Origin: Pseudomonadota bacterium
GTDB taxonomy: Bacteria > Pseudomonadota > Alphaproteobacteria > Rhodobacterales > Rhodobacteraceae
Assembly (NCBI GenBank): GCA_051747505.1
Contig: JBNJGE010000001.1
Coordinates: 1,184 to 60,499 of the forward strand
Direction: 5' to 3'
DNA: 59,316 nt
Under the pieces are notes generated by a model. That model did no database searches. It was not told the origin of the DNA and saw only the letters and a program-made list of their open reading frames with translations. This document shows positions 27,980 to 39,302 of the stretch, piece by piece; the first letter of the stretch is position 1; each line of letters begins with the position of its first letter. The position numbers were made by a program, and so were the translations under genes.

Positions 27980-29007
27980 CCGCGCCCGGCGCCCAGCCCG
28001 ACCCCGGGCATGTCCCGGTCCTGCTCGACGAGGTGCTTTCCGTCCTCTCGCCCGGCCCCGGCGTCTGGCTCGACGGCACGCTGGGCGACGGCGGCTACAC
28101 CCGCGCGCTGCTCGAGGCCGGGGCGGAGCGGGTGATCGCCATAGACCGCGACCCCGACGCGCTGGCCCGCGCGCGGGCCTGGGCCGGGGGCTGGGAAGGC
28201 CGCCTGACCCTCGCCCGGGGCCGGTTCGGGGAGCTCGACGAGATCGCCGAGGCCCACGGCGCGCCCGCGGGCACGCTGTCGGGCGCCGCGCTCGACATCG
28301 GGGTGAGCTCCATGCAGCTCGACGAGGCGGAGCGCGGCTTCTCCTTCCAGCGCGACGGGCCGCTGGACATGCGCATGGAGGGGCAGGGGCCCTCGGCCGC
28401 CGACCTGGTCAACGGGCTGGATGAGCGGGCGCTCTCCGACATCCTCTTCCAGTATGGCGAGGAGCGCGCCGCGCGGCGCATCGCGAAGGCCATCGTCGCG
28501 GCCCGGGCCGAAGCCCCGATCGAGACAACGGGCCGGCTGGCCGAAGTGATCGAGGCCGCGCTGCCCTCCGCCCGGCCGGGCCAGCCGCGCCCGGCCACGC
28601 GCAGCTTCCAGGCCCTGCGCATCGCCGTGAACGACGAGCTGGGCGAGCTGGTCCGCGCCCTGGGCGCGGCCGAGCGGGCGCTGGCCCCCGGCGCGGCGCT
28701 GGCCGTCGTCACCTTCCATTCGCTGGAGGACCGCCTGGTCAAGCGCTTCTTCGCCCGTCGCTCGGGTCGGGGCGAGGGCGGCTCGCGCCATGCGCCCGCC
28801 GCGCCCGCGCCCGAGGCCCCGCGCTGGGAGCTGATCCTGCGCCGGCCGGCCACGCCGTCGCGGGCCGAGCTCGACGCCAACCCCCGCGCCCGTTCCGCCC
28901 GGCTGCGGGCCGCGCGCCGCACGCAGGCCCCGGCGCAGCCGGTGAATCCGCGCGGTCTGGGTCTGCCGGGGCTGGCGCTGGCCGGTCTGGGGGAGGGGCG
29001 GGCATGA
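27976..29007 (+). CDS. rsmH: 16S rRNA m4C1402 methyltransferase
   Basis: [32 protein letters not shown]; GTGA overlap with mraZ. Confidence 0.96.
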   Translation: MTAPGAQPDPGHVPVLLDEVLSVLSPGPGVWLDGTLGDGGYTRALLEAGAERVIAIDRDPDALARARAWAGGWEGRLTLARGRFGELDEIAEAHGAPAGTLSGAALDIGVSSMQLDEAERGFSFQRDGPLDMRMEGQGPSAADLVNGLDERALSDILFQYGEERAARRIAKAIVAARAEAPIETTGRLAEVIEAALPSARPGQPRPATRSFQALRIAVNDELGELVRALGAAERALAPGAALAVVTFHSLEDRLVKRFFARRSGRGEGGSRHAPAAPAPEAPRWELILRRPATPSRAELDANPRARSARLRAARRTQAPAQPVNPRGLGLPGLALAGLGEGRA

Positions 29008-29606
29008 TGCGCTCGATGCTCTACGTCGCCGCGCTGGGCATGGTCTGCCTGGTGGCCGTCTGGGCCTACCAGGTGATCGAGCGGACGCGCGACCTGCGCG
29101 CCGAGGTGGCTGAACTCCATGGCCGCATCGCCGAGGAGCGCGAGGCGATCTCCGTCCTGCGCGCAGAATGGGCCTGGCTGAACCGGCCCGAGCGGCTGGC
29201 CCGGCTGGCGGACATGCACAGGGAGACCCTCGGCCTCGGCCCCATGGCGCCGGCGCATTTCGCGGAGGTCGCCGCGGTGGTCTACCAGCCCCCGCCGCCG
29301 CGCGCCTCCCGCCGCGCGCCGGGCCGCGCGGCGCCGCCCCGGGAGGACGCGGCTCCGCCCCTGCGCCTCATGGGCCGCAGCGCGCCGGCGACGCCGCGCG
29401 GCGTCGAGGAGACGGCCGAAGCGGCGGCCCCGGCCCGCGCCGTCGCCGGGCCGCGCCGCGGACCGCTGCCCGCCGGCCTGCGCACGCCGCCGCTTCCGCC
29501 CGAGTTGGCCCCCGCCGAGACCCCGGTGACCATCCTCGCGCTGGCCGGGCGCGACTGGCTCGCCCTGGGTCTGACCCTTCCGCCCCCGAGACCCGAGCGC
29601 CCATGA
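29004..29606 (+). CDS. ftsL: Cell division protein FtsL with long Pro/Ala/Arg-rich C-terminal extension
   Basis: TM, coiled coil, [14 protein letters not shown]; between rsmH and ftsI. Confidence 0.85.
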   Translation: MMRSMLYVAALGMVCLVAVWAYQVIERTRDLRAEVAELHGRIAEEREAISVLRAEWAWLNRPERLARLADMHRETLGLGPMAPAHFAEVAAVVYQPPPPRASRRAPGRAAPPREDAAPPLRLMGRSAPATPRGVEETAEAAAPARAVAGPRRGPLPAGLRTPPLPPELAPAETPVTILALAGRDWLALGLTLPPPRPERP

Positions 29607-31450
29607 CGCAGCTTATGCCGGAGACCGCCGACGAGACCGCGGGCCTCGACGCCCGCCACGGCCCCGAGGGCGCGCGGCTGACCGACGTCATCGCCGCGCG
29701 CGAGCACGGGCTCGACCCCAACGCCGAGGCCGCCCGCCGGCGCGAGCGCAAGCGCGCCGAGACGGAGGCCGCCCGCCGGGCCCGCGCCCGCTGGCGGCTG
29801 CGCCTGCTCTCCTTCGCCTTCCTGCTGGCCTATGCGGCGGTGGCCGGGCGCATGGGCGTCATCGCCGCCTCCGACCGCGAGCCGCCCCGCGGCTGGGCGG
29901 GGCGCGACGTCCACGCCCTGCGCGCGGAGATCACCGACCGCGACGGCGCCCTGCTGGCGGCCAACCTGCCGGTCTGGTCGCTCTACGCCCATCCCCGCGA
30001 GATGGTGGATCCGCCCCGGGCTGCGCGCGAGCTGGCCGCGATCTTCCCCGACATGGACGCCGAGGCCCTGCAGCGCCGCTTCACCGACGGGCGCCGTTTC
30101 CTGTGGCTGCGCCGCACCCTCACTCCCGAGGAGCGGCTGCAGGTCCACGACATCGGCGAGCCGGGCCTGCGCTTCGGCCGGCGCGACCTGCGCGTCTATC
30201 CCGCCGGCCGCACCGCCGCGCATGTGCTGGGCGGCGCCGGCTGGGGCAGGGAGGACGTCCGCGCCGCCGAGATCGTCGGCGCCGCGGGAATCGAGCACGC
30301 TCTGGACGCGCGCCTGCGCGATCCGGATCGGGCGGACGAGCCCCTGCGCCTCTCGCTCGATTTGCGCGTTCAGCGCGCCTTCGCGGAGGTCCTGCGCGAA
30401 GGCATGGCGAAATATTCGGCCAAGGGCGCGGCCGGCGTGCTGATGAAGGCGCGCACGGGCGAGATCGTCTCCCTCGTCTCGCTGCCCGATTTCGACCCCA
30501 ACGACCGGCCCGTGCCGGCGGGCCGCGTGAAGGCGGCGGACTTCCCCACCTTCAACCGCGCCGCCCAGGGCCTCTACGAGCTCGGCTCCACCTTCAAGGT
30601 CTTCACCGCGGCCATGGTGCTCGAGCACGGGCTTGCAACGCCCGAGACGGTGGTGGACACCGAAGGCCCCCTGCGCCGCTTCGGCTACGCCATCCGCGAC
30701 GCCCACCGGATGGAGCCGCGCATGACCCTGCGCGAGGTGATCGTCGAGAGCTCGAATGTCGGCACCGCCCGGCTGGCCGAGCTCGCCGGCATCCGCCGCC
30801 AGAAGGAGATGCTGGAATCGCTCGGCCTGACCGAGCCGCTGGGGGTGGAGTTGACCGAGGCGCGCGGCAGGCCGACGCTGCCCGGGAAATGGACGGAGCT
30901 TTCGCTGGTGACGATCTCCTACGGTCACGGGCTTTCAGCCTCCCCCCTGCACCTGGCGGGGGCCTACGCCACGCTGGTCAATGGCGGGCTGAAGGTCGAG
31001 CCGACCCTGCTGGCCGGCGCGAAGGAGCCGACCGAGGAGGACCGGGTCGTCTCCGCCCGCACCTCCGCTCAGCTTCGCGAGATGCTGCGCGGGGTGGTCG
31101 AGGAAGGGACGGGCCGCAACGCCGAGGTTCCCGGCTACTGGCTGGGGGGCAAGACCGGATCGGCCGAGAAGGTGGTCAACGGCCGCTATGCCGAGGACAA
31201 GGTGATCGCCACCTTCGCCGGCGCCTTTCCGATTCATGACCCGGAATACGTCATCGTGATCACGCTCGACGAGGCCGTCGCCCAGACGGAATGGGGCCCG
31301 CGCCGCTCCGCCGGCTGGACCGCCGCGCCGCTGACGCGCGAGGCGCTGACCCGCATCGCCCCCGCGCTCGGCCTGCGCCCGGGCCGCGGTCCCGAGCTTC
31401 TGGCCCTCAGCGCGGGCGACGAGACCGTGCGCCACGTGGCGAGCCGGTGA
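29603..31450 (+). CDS. ftsI: Division transpeptidase PBP3
   Basis: RAEITDRDG, STFK, SSN, KTG; ATGA overlap with ftsL. Confidence 0.93.
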   Translation: MTQLMPETADETAGLDARHGPEGARLTDVIAAREHGLDPNAEAARRRERKRAETEAARRARARWRLRLLSFAFLLAYAAVAGRMGVIAASDREPPRGWAGRDVHALRAEITDRDGALLAANLPVWSLYAHPREMVDPPRAARELAAIFPDMDAEALQRRFTDGRRFLWLRRTLTPEERLQVHDIGEPGLRFGRRDLRVYPAGRTAAHVLGGAGWGREDVRAAEIVGAAGIEHALDARLRDPDRADEPLRLSLDLRVQRAFAEVLREGMAKYSAKGAAGVLMKARTGEIVSLVSLPDFDPNDRPVPAGRVKAADFPTFNRAAQGLYELGSTFKVFTAAMVLEHGLATPETVVDTEGPLRRFGYAIRDAHRMEPRMTLREVIVESSNVGTARLAELAGIRRQKEMLESLGLTEPLGVELTEARGRPTLPGKWTELSLVTISYGHGLSASPLHLAGAYATLVNGGLKVEPTLLAGAKEPTEEDRVVSARTSAQLREMLRGVVEEGTGRNAEVPGYWLGGKTGSAEKVVNGRYAEDKVIATFAGAFPIHDPEYVIVITLDEAVAQTEWGPRRSAGWTAAPLTREALTRIAPALGLRPGRGPELLALSAGDETVRHVASR

Positions 31451-31457
31451 GGACGCC

Positions 31458-32930
31458 ATGAGCCGGACCCTCGCCGCCCTCGGCCTTGCGCCCCCGCCCG
31501 GCCTGTCGCCGGACGCGGACGTGCGCGGCCTGTCGGCGGACAGCCGGCGCGTCGGCCCCGGCGACCTGTTCTTCGCCCTGAAGGGCGCGGTCGACGGCGC
31601 CCGCTTCGCGCGCGACGCCCTCAGGCAGGGGGCGCTGGCGGTGGTCTGCTCGCCCGAGGGCGCTGAGACGATCCGCGCGGCCGGGCAGGGGGACGCGTGG
31701 CTGATCGTCGTCGAGGCGCCCCGCCGCGCGCTGGCGCTCGCCGCCGCCGCCTGGCACGGCGCGCAGCCGGAGGTGATGGCCGCCGTCACGGGGACCAACG
31801 GCAAGACCTCGGTGGCGAGCTTCCTGCGCCAGATCTGGGCGGCTCTGGGCCGGCGCGCCGTGAACATCGGCACCACCGGGGTGGAGGGCGCGGTCGGGAA
31901 GCCGGGCGTCCTGACCACCCCGGACCCGCTCGCCCTGCACGCCCTGCTGGCCGATCTGGCCGGGCAGGGGGTGACGCATGCGGCGATGGAGGCCTCCAGC
32001 CACGGCCTCGCCCAGCATCGCCCTGACTGCGTGCGCCTGCGCGCGGCCGGGCTGACCAACATCACCCGCGACCACATGGACTATCACGCCACCCACGCGG
32101 ACTACGTCGCCGCCAAGCTGAGCCTCTTCGCCCGCGTGCTGCCGCAGGGCGGGACCGCGGCGCTCAACGCCGACGACCCCGTTTTCGCCGAGGCCGCCGC
32201 GCTCGCCCGCGCCCGCGGGCAGCGGGTGATCGCCGTGGGCCGGGCGGAGGGCGCCGATCTGCGCCTGCTCTCGGCCGACTATCACGAGACCGGCCAGACC
32301 CTGCGCTTCGCCTGGGAGGGCGCGGAGCGCACGGCCGAGCTGCCCCTCGTGGGCGGCTTCCAGGGGGAGAACGCCCTGCTCGCCGCCGCGCTCGCCATCG
32401 GCTGCGGCGAGGATGCGCAGGCGGTCTTCGGCGCCCTGCCGCGCCTGACGGGCGTGCGCGGGCGCATGGAGCATGTGGCGAGCCGCGAGAACGGCGCGCG
32501 CATCTACGTGGACTACGCCCACACGCCCGACTCCCTCTCCGCCGCCATCGCCGCGCTGCGCCTGCACACGCCGGGCCGGCTGGCGGTGGTCTTCGGCGCG
32601 GGCGGGGACCGCGACCCGGGCAAGCGGCCGCTGATGGGCCGGGCCGCGACCGCCGCCGACCTCGCCGTGGTCACCGACGACAACCCCCGCTCGGAGGATC
32701 CCGCCGCCATCCGCGCCGCGGTGCTGGAGGGCTGCCCGGGGGCGACCGAGATCGGGGACCGGGAGGAGGCGATCCACGCGGCCGTCGCCCGGCTGGAGGC
32801 GGGGGACCGGCTGCTGATCGCCGGCAAGGGCCACGAGACCGGTCAGATCGTCGGCGACCGCCGCCTGCCCTTCGATGACGCCGAGCAGGCCCGCGCCGCG
32901 GTGGCCGAGCTGGAAGGGGCGAAGGCGTGA
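31458..32930 (+). CDS. murE: UDP-MurNAc-tripeptide synthetase (meso-DAP type)
   Basis: GTNGKTS, DYAHTPD, DNPR. Confidence 0.96.
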   Translation: MSRTLAALGLAPPPGLSPDADVRGLSADSRRVGPGDLFFALKGAVDGARFARDALRQGALAVVCSPEGAETIRAAGQGDAWLIVVEAPRRALALAAAAWHGAQPEVMAAVTGTNGKTSVASFLRQIWAALGRRAVNIGTTGVEGAVGKPGVLTTPDPLALHALLADLAGQGVTHAAMEASSHGLAQHRPDCVRLRAAGLTNITRDHMDYHATHADYVAAKLSLFARVLPQGGTAALNADDPVFAEAAALARARGQRVIAVGRAEGADLRLLSADYHETGQTLRFAWEGAERTAELPLVGGFQGENALLAAALAIGCGEDAQAVFGALPRLTGVRGRMEHVASRENGARIYVDYAHTPDSLSAAIAALRLHTPGRLAVVFGAGGDRDPGKRPLMGRAATAADLAVVTDDNPRSEDPAAIRAAVLEGCPGATEIGDREEAIHAAVARLEAGDRLLIAGKGHETGQIVGDRRLPFDDAEQARAAVAELEGAKA

Positions 32931-34396
32931 GCGGCCCGCTCTGGACCCGCGCCGAGGCCGAGCGGGCGAGCGGAGGCCGCGCCACCCGCGACTTCGCCGC
33001 CACGGGGGTGTCGATCGACTCCCGCACGCTGGCCCCCGGCGACCTGTTCGTGGCCCTGCAGGACCAGCGGGACGGGCACGACTTCGTCGCCGCGGCGCTG
33101 GAGGCCGGCGCGGCGGCGGCCATGGTCTCGCGCATCCCCGAGGGGGTGGGCGACTCCGCCCCTCTGCTGGTCGTTGAGGACACGCTGAAGGGGCTGGAGG
33201 GCCTCGCCGCTGCGGCCCGTGCGCGGAGCCGGGCGAAGGTGGTGGCGATCACCGGCTCGGTCGGCAAGACCTCGGCCAAGGAGATGCTGCGCCTCGCCCT
33301 GTCGCGGCAGGGACCGACGCATGCGGCGGAGAAGAGCCACAACAACCACTGGGGCGTGCCTCTGACCCTCGCGCGGATGCCGCGCGAGGCGAAATACGCC
33401 GTGATCGAGATCGGCATGAACCATGCCGGGGAGATCCGGCCGCTGGCCCAGCTCGCCCGCCCCCATGCCGCGCTGATTACCACGGTGGCGCCGGTGCATC
33501 TGGAGAACTTCGACTCTGAGGCCGGGATCGCCTTCGCCAAGGCCGAGATCCTGGAGGGGCTCGTCCCCGGAGGCGCGGCGATCCTGTTTCGTGACAACCC
33601 GCACTACCCCCGCCTTCTGCGCCGCGCCCGGCGCCTCGGCGTGCGCCGCATCCTGCGCTTCGGCGCCGCCCCGCGCTGCCATGCGCGGTTGATCTCGGCC
33701 GATGTCGGACCGGGCGAGACCACCCTGCGCGCGCGGCTGCATGGCCGGCCCGCGCTGATCAAGATCGGCGCGCCGGGGCGGCACTTCGCCATGAACGCGC
33801 TCGGCGTGCTGCTGGCCGCCGAGGCCGTGGGCGCCGACATCGCGCGCGCGGCCGTGGCCCTGGGCGGCTGGCATGCGCCGGAGGGGCGCGGGGCGCGCTG
33901 GCGCATCGCGCTGGACGAGGGCGGGCTCGACGGCGCCATCCGCCTGATCGACGACAGCTACAACGCCAACCCCACCTCCGTGGGCGCGGCGCTGGACGTT
34001 CTGGCCGCCGCGCGGCCCGAGGACGGCATCGGCCGGGTCAGCCGCGGCCGGCGCATCGCGGTTCTGGGCGACATGCTCGAGCTCGGCCCGCAGGAGGCGG
34101 CGATGCACGCCGAGCTTGCCGAACACCCCGCGATGGCCGCCGTGGACAGGGTCCATTGCTGCGGGCTGCGCATGAAGGCCCTGCACGAGGCCCTGCCGGC
34201 CGAGCGGCGCGGGGTCTGGGAGGCGGATTCCGCCGCGCTGGCCGCCCGGATGCGCCGGCTGCTTGACGCGGGCGACGTGGTCATGGTCAAGGGCTCGCTC
34301 GGCGCGCGGATGGCCCGGGTGGTCGAGGCGGTCAAGGCGATGGGCCGCGCCTCCCCCGAAGGGCCGGCCGGCGATGACGAGGGATCCGTTTCCTGA
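32927..34396 (+). CDS. murF: UDP-MurNAc-pentapeptide synthetase
   Basis: [27 protein letters not shown]. Confidence 0.96.
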   Translation: MSGPLWTRAEAERASGGRATRDFAATGVSIDSRTLAPGDLFVALQDQRDGHDFVAAALEAGAAAAMVSRIPEGVGDSAPLLVVEDTLKGLEGLAAAARARSRAKVVAITGSVGKTSAKEMLRLALSRQGPTHAAEKSHNNHWGVPLTLARMPREAKYAVIEIGMNHAGEIRPLAQLARPHAALITTVAPVHLENFDSEAGIAFAKAEILEGLVPGGAAILFRDNPHYPRLLRRARRLGVRRILRFGAAPRCHARLISADVGPGETTLRARLHGRPALIKIGAPGRHFAMNALGVLLAAEAVGADIARAAVALGGWHAPEGRGARWRIALDEGGLDGAIRLIDDSYNANPTSVGAALDVLAAARPEDGIGRVSRGRRIAVLGDMLELGPQEAAMHAELAEHPAMAAVDRVHCCGLRMKALHEALPAERRGVWEADSAALAARMRRLLDAGDVVMVKGSLGARMARVVEAVKAMGRASPEGPAGDDEGSVS

Positions 34397-35484
34397 TGCT
34401 CTACCACCTGCTCACGCCCCTCTCCGAGGGCGGGGACCTGTTCAACCTCTTCCGCTACCTGACCTTCCGGGCGGGCGGCGCCTTCCTGACCGCGCTGTTC
34501 CTCGGCTTCGCCTTCGGCCCGGCGATCATCCGTGGCCTGCGGCGGATGCAGAAGAAGGGCCAGCCGATTCGCGAGGACGGGCCGGAGGGCCACCTGCTGA
34601 CCAAGGCGGGCACGCCGACCATGGGCGGCGTGCTGATCCTGTTCTCGCTGCTGGTCTCCACGCTGCTCTGGGCGCGGCTGGACGAGGGCTATGTCTGGGT
34701 CGTGCTGGGCGTGACGGCCGGCTTCGGGGCGATCGGCTTCGCCGACGACTTCCTGAAGGTGTCGAAGTTCGACGTGAAGGGCGTGCCGGGCCGGCTGCGC
34801 CTCGGGATCGGCTTCGTCATCGCCGCGCTGGCCAGCCTGGCGGTGATGGCGCTGCAGCCCGGCCCGCTCTCGGGCCAGCTGGCGCTGCCGGTGTTCAAGG
34901 ACGTGCTGATCGACCTCGGCCTGATCTTCGTGCCGTTTGCGATGATCGTGATCGTGGGCGCGGCCAACGCGGTGAACCTGACCGACGGGCTGGACGGGCT
35001 GGCGATCATGCCCGTGATGGTCGCCGCCGGCGCCTTCGGGGTGATCGCCTACGTGGTCGGGCGCACGGACTTCACCGACTATCTCGGCCTGCACTACGTG
35101 CCCGGCACGGGGGAGATCCTGATCTTCTGCTCGGCCCTGATCGGCGCCGGGCTGGGCTTCCTGTGGTACAACGCGCCCCCTGCGATGGTCTTCATGGGCG
35201 ACACCGGATCACTGTCGCTGGGGGGCGCGCTGGGCGCCATCGCGGTGGCGACCAAGCACGAGATCGTGCTGGCGATCATCGGCGGGCTGTTCGTGGTCGA
35301 GGCGCTCTCGGTCATCATCCAGGTGGCCTATTTCAAGGCCACGGGGCGGCGGGTGTTCCTGATGGCGCCCATCCACCACCATTTCGAGAAGAAGGGCTGG
35401 CAGGAGCCCACCATCGTGATCCGGTTCTGGATCATCTCCGTCATCCTGGCCCTGATCGGGCTGGCCTCGCTGAAGCTGAGGTGA
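34396..35484 (+). CDS. mraY: Phospho-MurNAc-pentapeptide transferase
   Basis: [30 protein letters not shown]. Confidence 0.98.
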   Translation: MLYHLLTPLSEGGDLFNLFRYLTFRAGGAFLTALFLGFAFGPAIIRGLRRMQKKGQPIREDGPEGHLLTKAGTPTMGGVLILFSLLVSTLLWARLDEGYVWVVLGVTAGFGAIGFADDFLKVSKFDVKGVPGRLRLGIGFVIAALASLAVMALQPGPLSGQLALPVFKDVLIDLGLIFVPFAMIVIVGAANAVNLTDGLDGLAIMPVMVAAGAFGVIAYVVGRTDFTDYLGLHYVPGTGEILIFCSALIGAGLGFLWYNAPPAMVFMGDTGSLSLGGALGAIAVATKHEIVLAIIGGLFVVEALSVIIQVAYFKATGRRVFLMAPIHHHFEKKGWQEPTIVIRFWIISVILALIGLASLKLR

Positions 35485-35497
35485 GGGGAGGGCGCCG

Positions 35498-36937
35498 GTG
35501 ATCCCCGTTCCCGGATACGAGGGCCGCCGCGTCGGAGTGCTGGGGCTGGGCCGCTCCGGCCTCGCCGCCGCAAAGGCGCTGGAGCTGGGCGGGGCGGTTC
35601 CGGTGTGCTGGGACGACGGGGAGGCCGCGCGCGGGCAGGCGGAGGTCGAGGGGCACGCGGTCGCCGACCTGACGCGCGACCGGGCCTGGTCGGAGGACGG
35701 TGAGGCGCTGGCGGCGCTGATCGTCTCCCCCGGCGTCCCGGCGCTCTATCCCGCCCCGCACCCGGCCGTCGAGCAGGCCTGGGCGCGGGGCGTGCCGGTG
35801 GACAACGACGTGGGCCTGCTGTTCCGGGCGCTGGCGGATCTCGACCCGGTGGAGTTCGACCATCCGCCGCGGGTGGTCTGCGTGACCGGGTCCAACGGCA
35901 AGTCCACGACGACGGCGCTGATCGGGCATCTGCTGGAATCGGCCGGGCGCATGGTGCAACTCGGCGGCAATATCGGGCGGGGCGCGCTGTCGCTCGACCC
36001 GCCGCATGACGGGGACACGCTGGTGCTCGAGCTGAGCTCCTACCAGATCGAGCTGGCGCGCACGCTGGCGCCGGATCTGGCGGTGTTCCTCAACCTCTCC
36101 GACGACCACCTGGACCGGCATGGCGGGCGCGGCGGCTACTTCGCCGCCAAGGCGCGGCTGTTCGAGCTCGGCGCGCCGGAGCGGGCGGTGATCGGGCTGG
36201 ACGAGCCGGAGGGGCGCTTCCTCGCCGACCGCCTGCGCGGGCGGGCGCTGGAGGGGGAGGGCGACCCGGTTATCGGGATGTCCGTCACCCGCAAGCTGGC
36301 GAACGAGGGCTGGGCGGTCGCCGCGCGCAAGGGCTTCCTGTCGGAGACGCGGCGCGGCAAGCAGACGGCCTCCGCCGATCTGCGGGAGCTGCCGACGCTT
36401 CAGGGCGCGCACAACCACCAGAACGCCTGCGCCGCCTGGGCGGCCTGCCGGGCGCTGGGGCTGGGGCCGCGCCAGATCGAGGCGGGGCTGAAGAGCTTCC
36501 CCGGCCTGCCGCACAGGCTGGAGCGGGTGGCCGAGCGCGAGGGCGTGGTCTTCGTCAACGACTCCAAGGCCACCAACGCCGATGCGGCGGAGAAGGCGCT
36601 CAGGACCTTCCCGCGCATCCGCTGGATCGCGGGCGGCCGGCCGAAGGCGGGGGGCATCGCCTCGCTCGTCCCGCTCTTCGAGCGCATCGCCTGCGCCTAC
36701 CTGATCGGCGAGGCGGCGGAGGGCTTTGCGGAGGCGCTGGGCGAGACGCCGCATGTGGTGTGCGGGGACCTGGAGACCGCGGTCGCCCGCGCGGCGGCCG
36801 AAGCGCAGCCGGGCGAGACCGTCCTGCTCTCCCCCGCCTGCGCGAGCTTCGACCAGTTCCCCGATTTCGAGGCGCGCGGCGACGCCTTCCGCAGGCTCGC
36901 CCGCCGCGCCGCCGGCCTGAAGGAGGCCCCCGCATGA
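35498..36937 (+). CDS. murD: UDP-MurNAc-L-Ala:D-Glu ligase
   Basis: [36 protein letters not shown]. Confidence 0.96.
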   Translation: MIPVPGYEGRRVGVLGLGRSGLAAAKALELGGAVPVCWDDGEAARGQAEVEGHAVADLTRDRAWSEDGEALAALIVSPGVPALYPAPHPAVEQAWARGVPVDNDVGLLFRALADLDPVEFDHPPRVVCVTGSNGKSTTTALIGHLLESAGRMVQLGGNIGRGALSLDPPHDGDTLVLELSSYQIELARTLAPDLAVFLNLSDDHLDRHGGRGGYFAAKARLFELGAPERAVIGLDEPEGRFLADRLRGRALEGEGDPVIGMSVTRKLANEGWAVAARKGFLSETRRGKQTASADLRELPTLQGAHNHQNACAAWAACRALGLGPRQIEAGLKSFPGLPHRLERVAEREGVVFVNDSKATNADAAEKALRTFPRIRWIAGGRPKAGGIASLVPLFERIACAYLIGEAAEGFAEALGETPHVVCGDLETAVARAAAEAQPGETVLLSPACASFDQFPDFEARGDAFRRLARRAAGLKEAPA

Positions 36938-38094
36938 CCGACATGGTGTTCGGAGGCGCCCCGGCCGTGCCGGGGGAGGCGAAGCTGCTGCGCTGGTGGC
37001 GCACGGTGGACCGCTGGACGGTCGGCGCCGTTCTGGCGCTGGTGGTCATCGGACTTGTGGTGGGCATGGCGGCCTCGGCGCCGCTGGCCGAGAAGCGGGG
37101 GCTGCCGACCTTCTACTTCGTCGCCCGGCAGGCGGTGTTCGCGGTCATGGGGCTGATCGCGATGGTCGCGATCTCGATGCAGGAGCCGCGGACGGTGCGG
37201 CGCTGGGCGGCGCTGGGCTTCGTCGGCGCTTTCGCCGCGCTGCTGCTGCTGCCGGTCTTCGGCACCGATTTCGGCAAGGGGGCGGTGCGCTGGTTCTCGC
37301 TGGGCTTCGCCTCCGTCCAGCCCTCGGAGTTCCTCAAGCCCGCCTTCATCGGCACGGCGGCCTGGATCATGGCGGGCAGCTACGACCGGCACGGGCCGCC
37401 GGGCAAGCTGCTCTCCTTCGTGCTGGCCCTGGCCTGCGCCACGACCCTCGCCCTGCAGCCGGATTTCGGGCAGGCGGCGCTGCTGCTGGCGGTCTGGGGG
37501 GCGATGTATTTCGTCGCCGGCGCCTCGGTGCCGCTGCTGGTCGGCCTGGGCGCGGGCGTGGCGGCGGCGGGCACCTTCGCCTACCAGCATTCGGCGCATT
37601 TCGCCCGGCGCATCGACGGCTTCCTCGCCTCGGAGGTCGATCCGCGCACGCAGCTCGGCTACGCGGAGAACGCCATCCAGGAGGGCGGCTTCTTCGGCGT
37701 CGGCGTGGGCGAGGGGCGGGTGAAGAACATCCTGCCGGACGCGCATACGGACTTCATCATCGCCGTGGCGGCGGAGGAGTACGGGCTGCTCCTGTGCCTC
37801 GCCGTCATCGGGCTGTTCCTGCTGATCACCCTGCGCGCGCTCTCGCGCCTGACGGAGGAGCGCGACGCCTTCGCGCGGCTGGCCGGGACGGGGATGGCGG
37901 CGCTGGTGGGGCTGCAGGCCTTCATCAATCTCGGCGTCGCGATCCGGCTGCTGCCGGCCAAGGGGATGACGCTGCCCTTCATCTCCTATGGCGGCTCCTC
38001 GCTGATCGCGGCGGGGATCGGGATGGGGCTTCTGCTGGCCATGACGCGCAAGCGGCCGCAGACGGACGTCACCGACGCGCTGGAGGGGCGGTGA
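36934..38094 (+). CDS. ftsW: SEDS peptidoglycan polymerase FtsW
   Basis: [29 protein letters not shown]. Confidence 0.95.
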   Translation: MTDMVFGGAPAVPGEAKLLRWWRTVDRWTVGAVLALVVIGLVVGMAASAPLAEKRGLPTFYFVARQAVFAVMGLIAMVAISMQEPRTVRRWAALGFVGAFAALLLLPVFGTDFGKGAVRWFSLGFASVQPSEFLKPAFIGTAAWIMAGSYDRHGPPGKLLSFVLALACATTLALQPDFGQAALLLAVWGAMYFVAGASVPLLVGLGAGVAAAGTFAYQHSAHFARRIDGFLASEVDPRTQLGYAENAIQEGGFFGVGVGEGRVKNILPDAHTDFIIAVAAEEYGLLLCLAVIGLFLLITLRALSRLTEERDAFARLAGTGMAALVGLQAFINLGVAIRLLPAKGMTLPFISYGGSSLIAAGIGMGLLLAMTRKRPQTDVTDALEGR

Positions 38095-38100
38095 GGCCCG

Positions 38101-38178
38101 CCGCCCCCGCGCTCCGCCGGCGCCGTCCGGCCCCGCCCGCCCGCCCCGCCGGCCGGCCCCGGCGGAGCGCGGGGGCGG
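38101..38178. repeat. 20-bp perfect inverted repeat between ftsW and murG
   Basis: CCGCCCCCGCGCTCCGCCGG (38101-38120) and CCGGCGGAGCGCGGGGGCGG (38159-38178). Confidence 0.85.
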
Positions 38179-38182
38179 GGGC

Positions 38183-39280
38183 ATGACGGCGCCGCATCTG
38201 GTCATCGCCGCCGGGGGGACCGGCGGGCACATGTTTCCCGCCCAGGCGCTGGCGCAGGAGATGCTGCGCCGGGGCTGGCGGGTGAGCCTGACCACCGACG
38301 CGCGCGGGGCGCGGTATGCGGACGCCTTTCCGGGCGAGGTGGCGCGCAAGCCCGTGCGTTCGGCCACCTTCGCGCGCGGGGGCGCGCTGGCGAAGCTCGC
38401 CGCGCCGGCGCTGATCGCCGCGGGGATCGCGGAGACGCTGGCCTGGTTCCGGCGCGACCCGCCCGCGCTGGCGGCGGGCTTCGGCGGCTACCCCTCGCTG
38501 CCCGCGCTGGCGGCGGCCTGGCTGGGCGGCCGGCCGCGGATCATCCACGAGCAGAACGGGGTTCTGGGCCGGGTGAACCGCCTCTTCGCCCCGCGTGTGG
38601 TGGCGGTGGCCTGCGGGGCCTGGCCGCTGACCAACGCGCCCGAGGGCGCGGAGCTCGTCCATGTCGGCAACCCGATCCGCGACGCGGCGCGGGAGGCCGC
38701 GGGGACGCCCTACGCGGCCCCGGGCGAGGACGGTCCCCTCAGCCTTCTGGTGTTCGGCGGCAGCCAGGGGGCCTCCGTCTTCTCGCGCCTGATGCCCGAG
38801 GCGCTCGCCGTCCTGCCGAAGGGGCTGCGCGGACGCCTGCGCCTGACCCAGCAGGCGCGCGAGGGCGAGGCCGAGGGGCTGCGCGAGACGTATGAAAAGG
38901 CCGGGATCGAGGCGGATGTCGCCCCCTTCTTTCCCGACATGCCCGCGCGCATCGCCGGCGCGCAGCTCGTCGTCTCCCGCGCCGGCGCCTCCACGGTGGC
39001 GGAGCTGACGGCGATCGGCCGCCCCTGCGTCCTCGTTCCCTACCCTTCGGCCATGGACGATCACCAGACCGCCAACGCCCGCCCGCTCGCGGAGGCCGGC
39101 GCGGCCATCCTGGCGCCGGAGGCCGCATTGACCTCCGGGTTGCTTTCGGGCCACATCCGGGACGTCCTGACCGACCCGGCCCGCGCCGGGGCCATGGCCG
39201 CCGCCGCCCGCGGCCTCGGCCGGCCCGACGCCGCAGAGCGCCTCGCCGACCTCGCGGAGCGCGTCGCGGGACGCGCCTGA
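38183..39280 (+). CDS. murG: Lipid II GlcNAc transferase
   Basis: GGTGGH, GFGGY, HEQN, GGSQGA, RAGAST. Confidence 0.96.
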   Translation: MTAPHLVIAAGGTGGHMFPAQALAQEMLRRGWRVSLTTDARGARYADAFPGEVARKPVRSATFARGGALAKLAAPALIAAGIAETLAWFRRDPPALAAGFGGYPSLPALAAAWLGGRPRIIHEQNGVLGRVNRLFAPRVVAVACGAWPLTNAPEGAELVHVGNPIRDAAREAAGTPYAAPGEDGPLSLLVFGGSQGASVFSRLMPEALAVLPKGLRGRLRLTQQAREGEAEGLRETYEKAGIEADVAPFFPDMPARIAGAQLVVSRAGASTVAELTAIGRPCVLVPYPSAMDDHQTANARPLAEAGAAILAPEAALTSGLLSGHIRDVLTDPARAGAMAAAARGLGRPDAAERLADLAERVAGRA

Positions 39281-39302
39281 CGCCGCCCTCTCGGAGAGCC
39301 CC

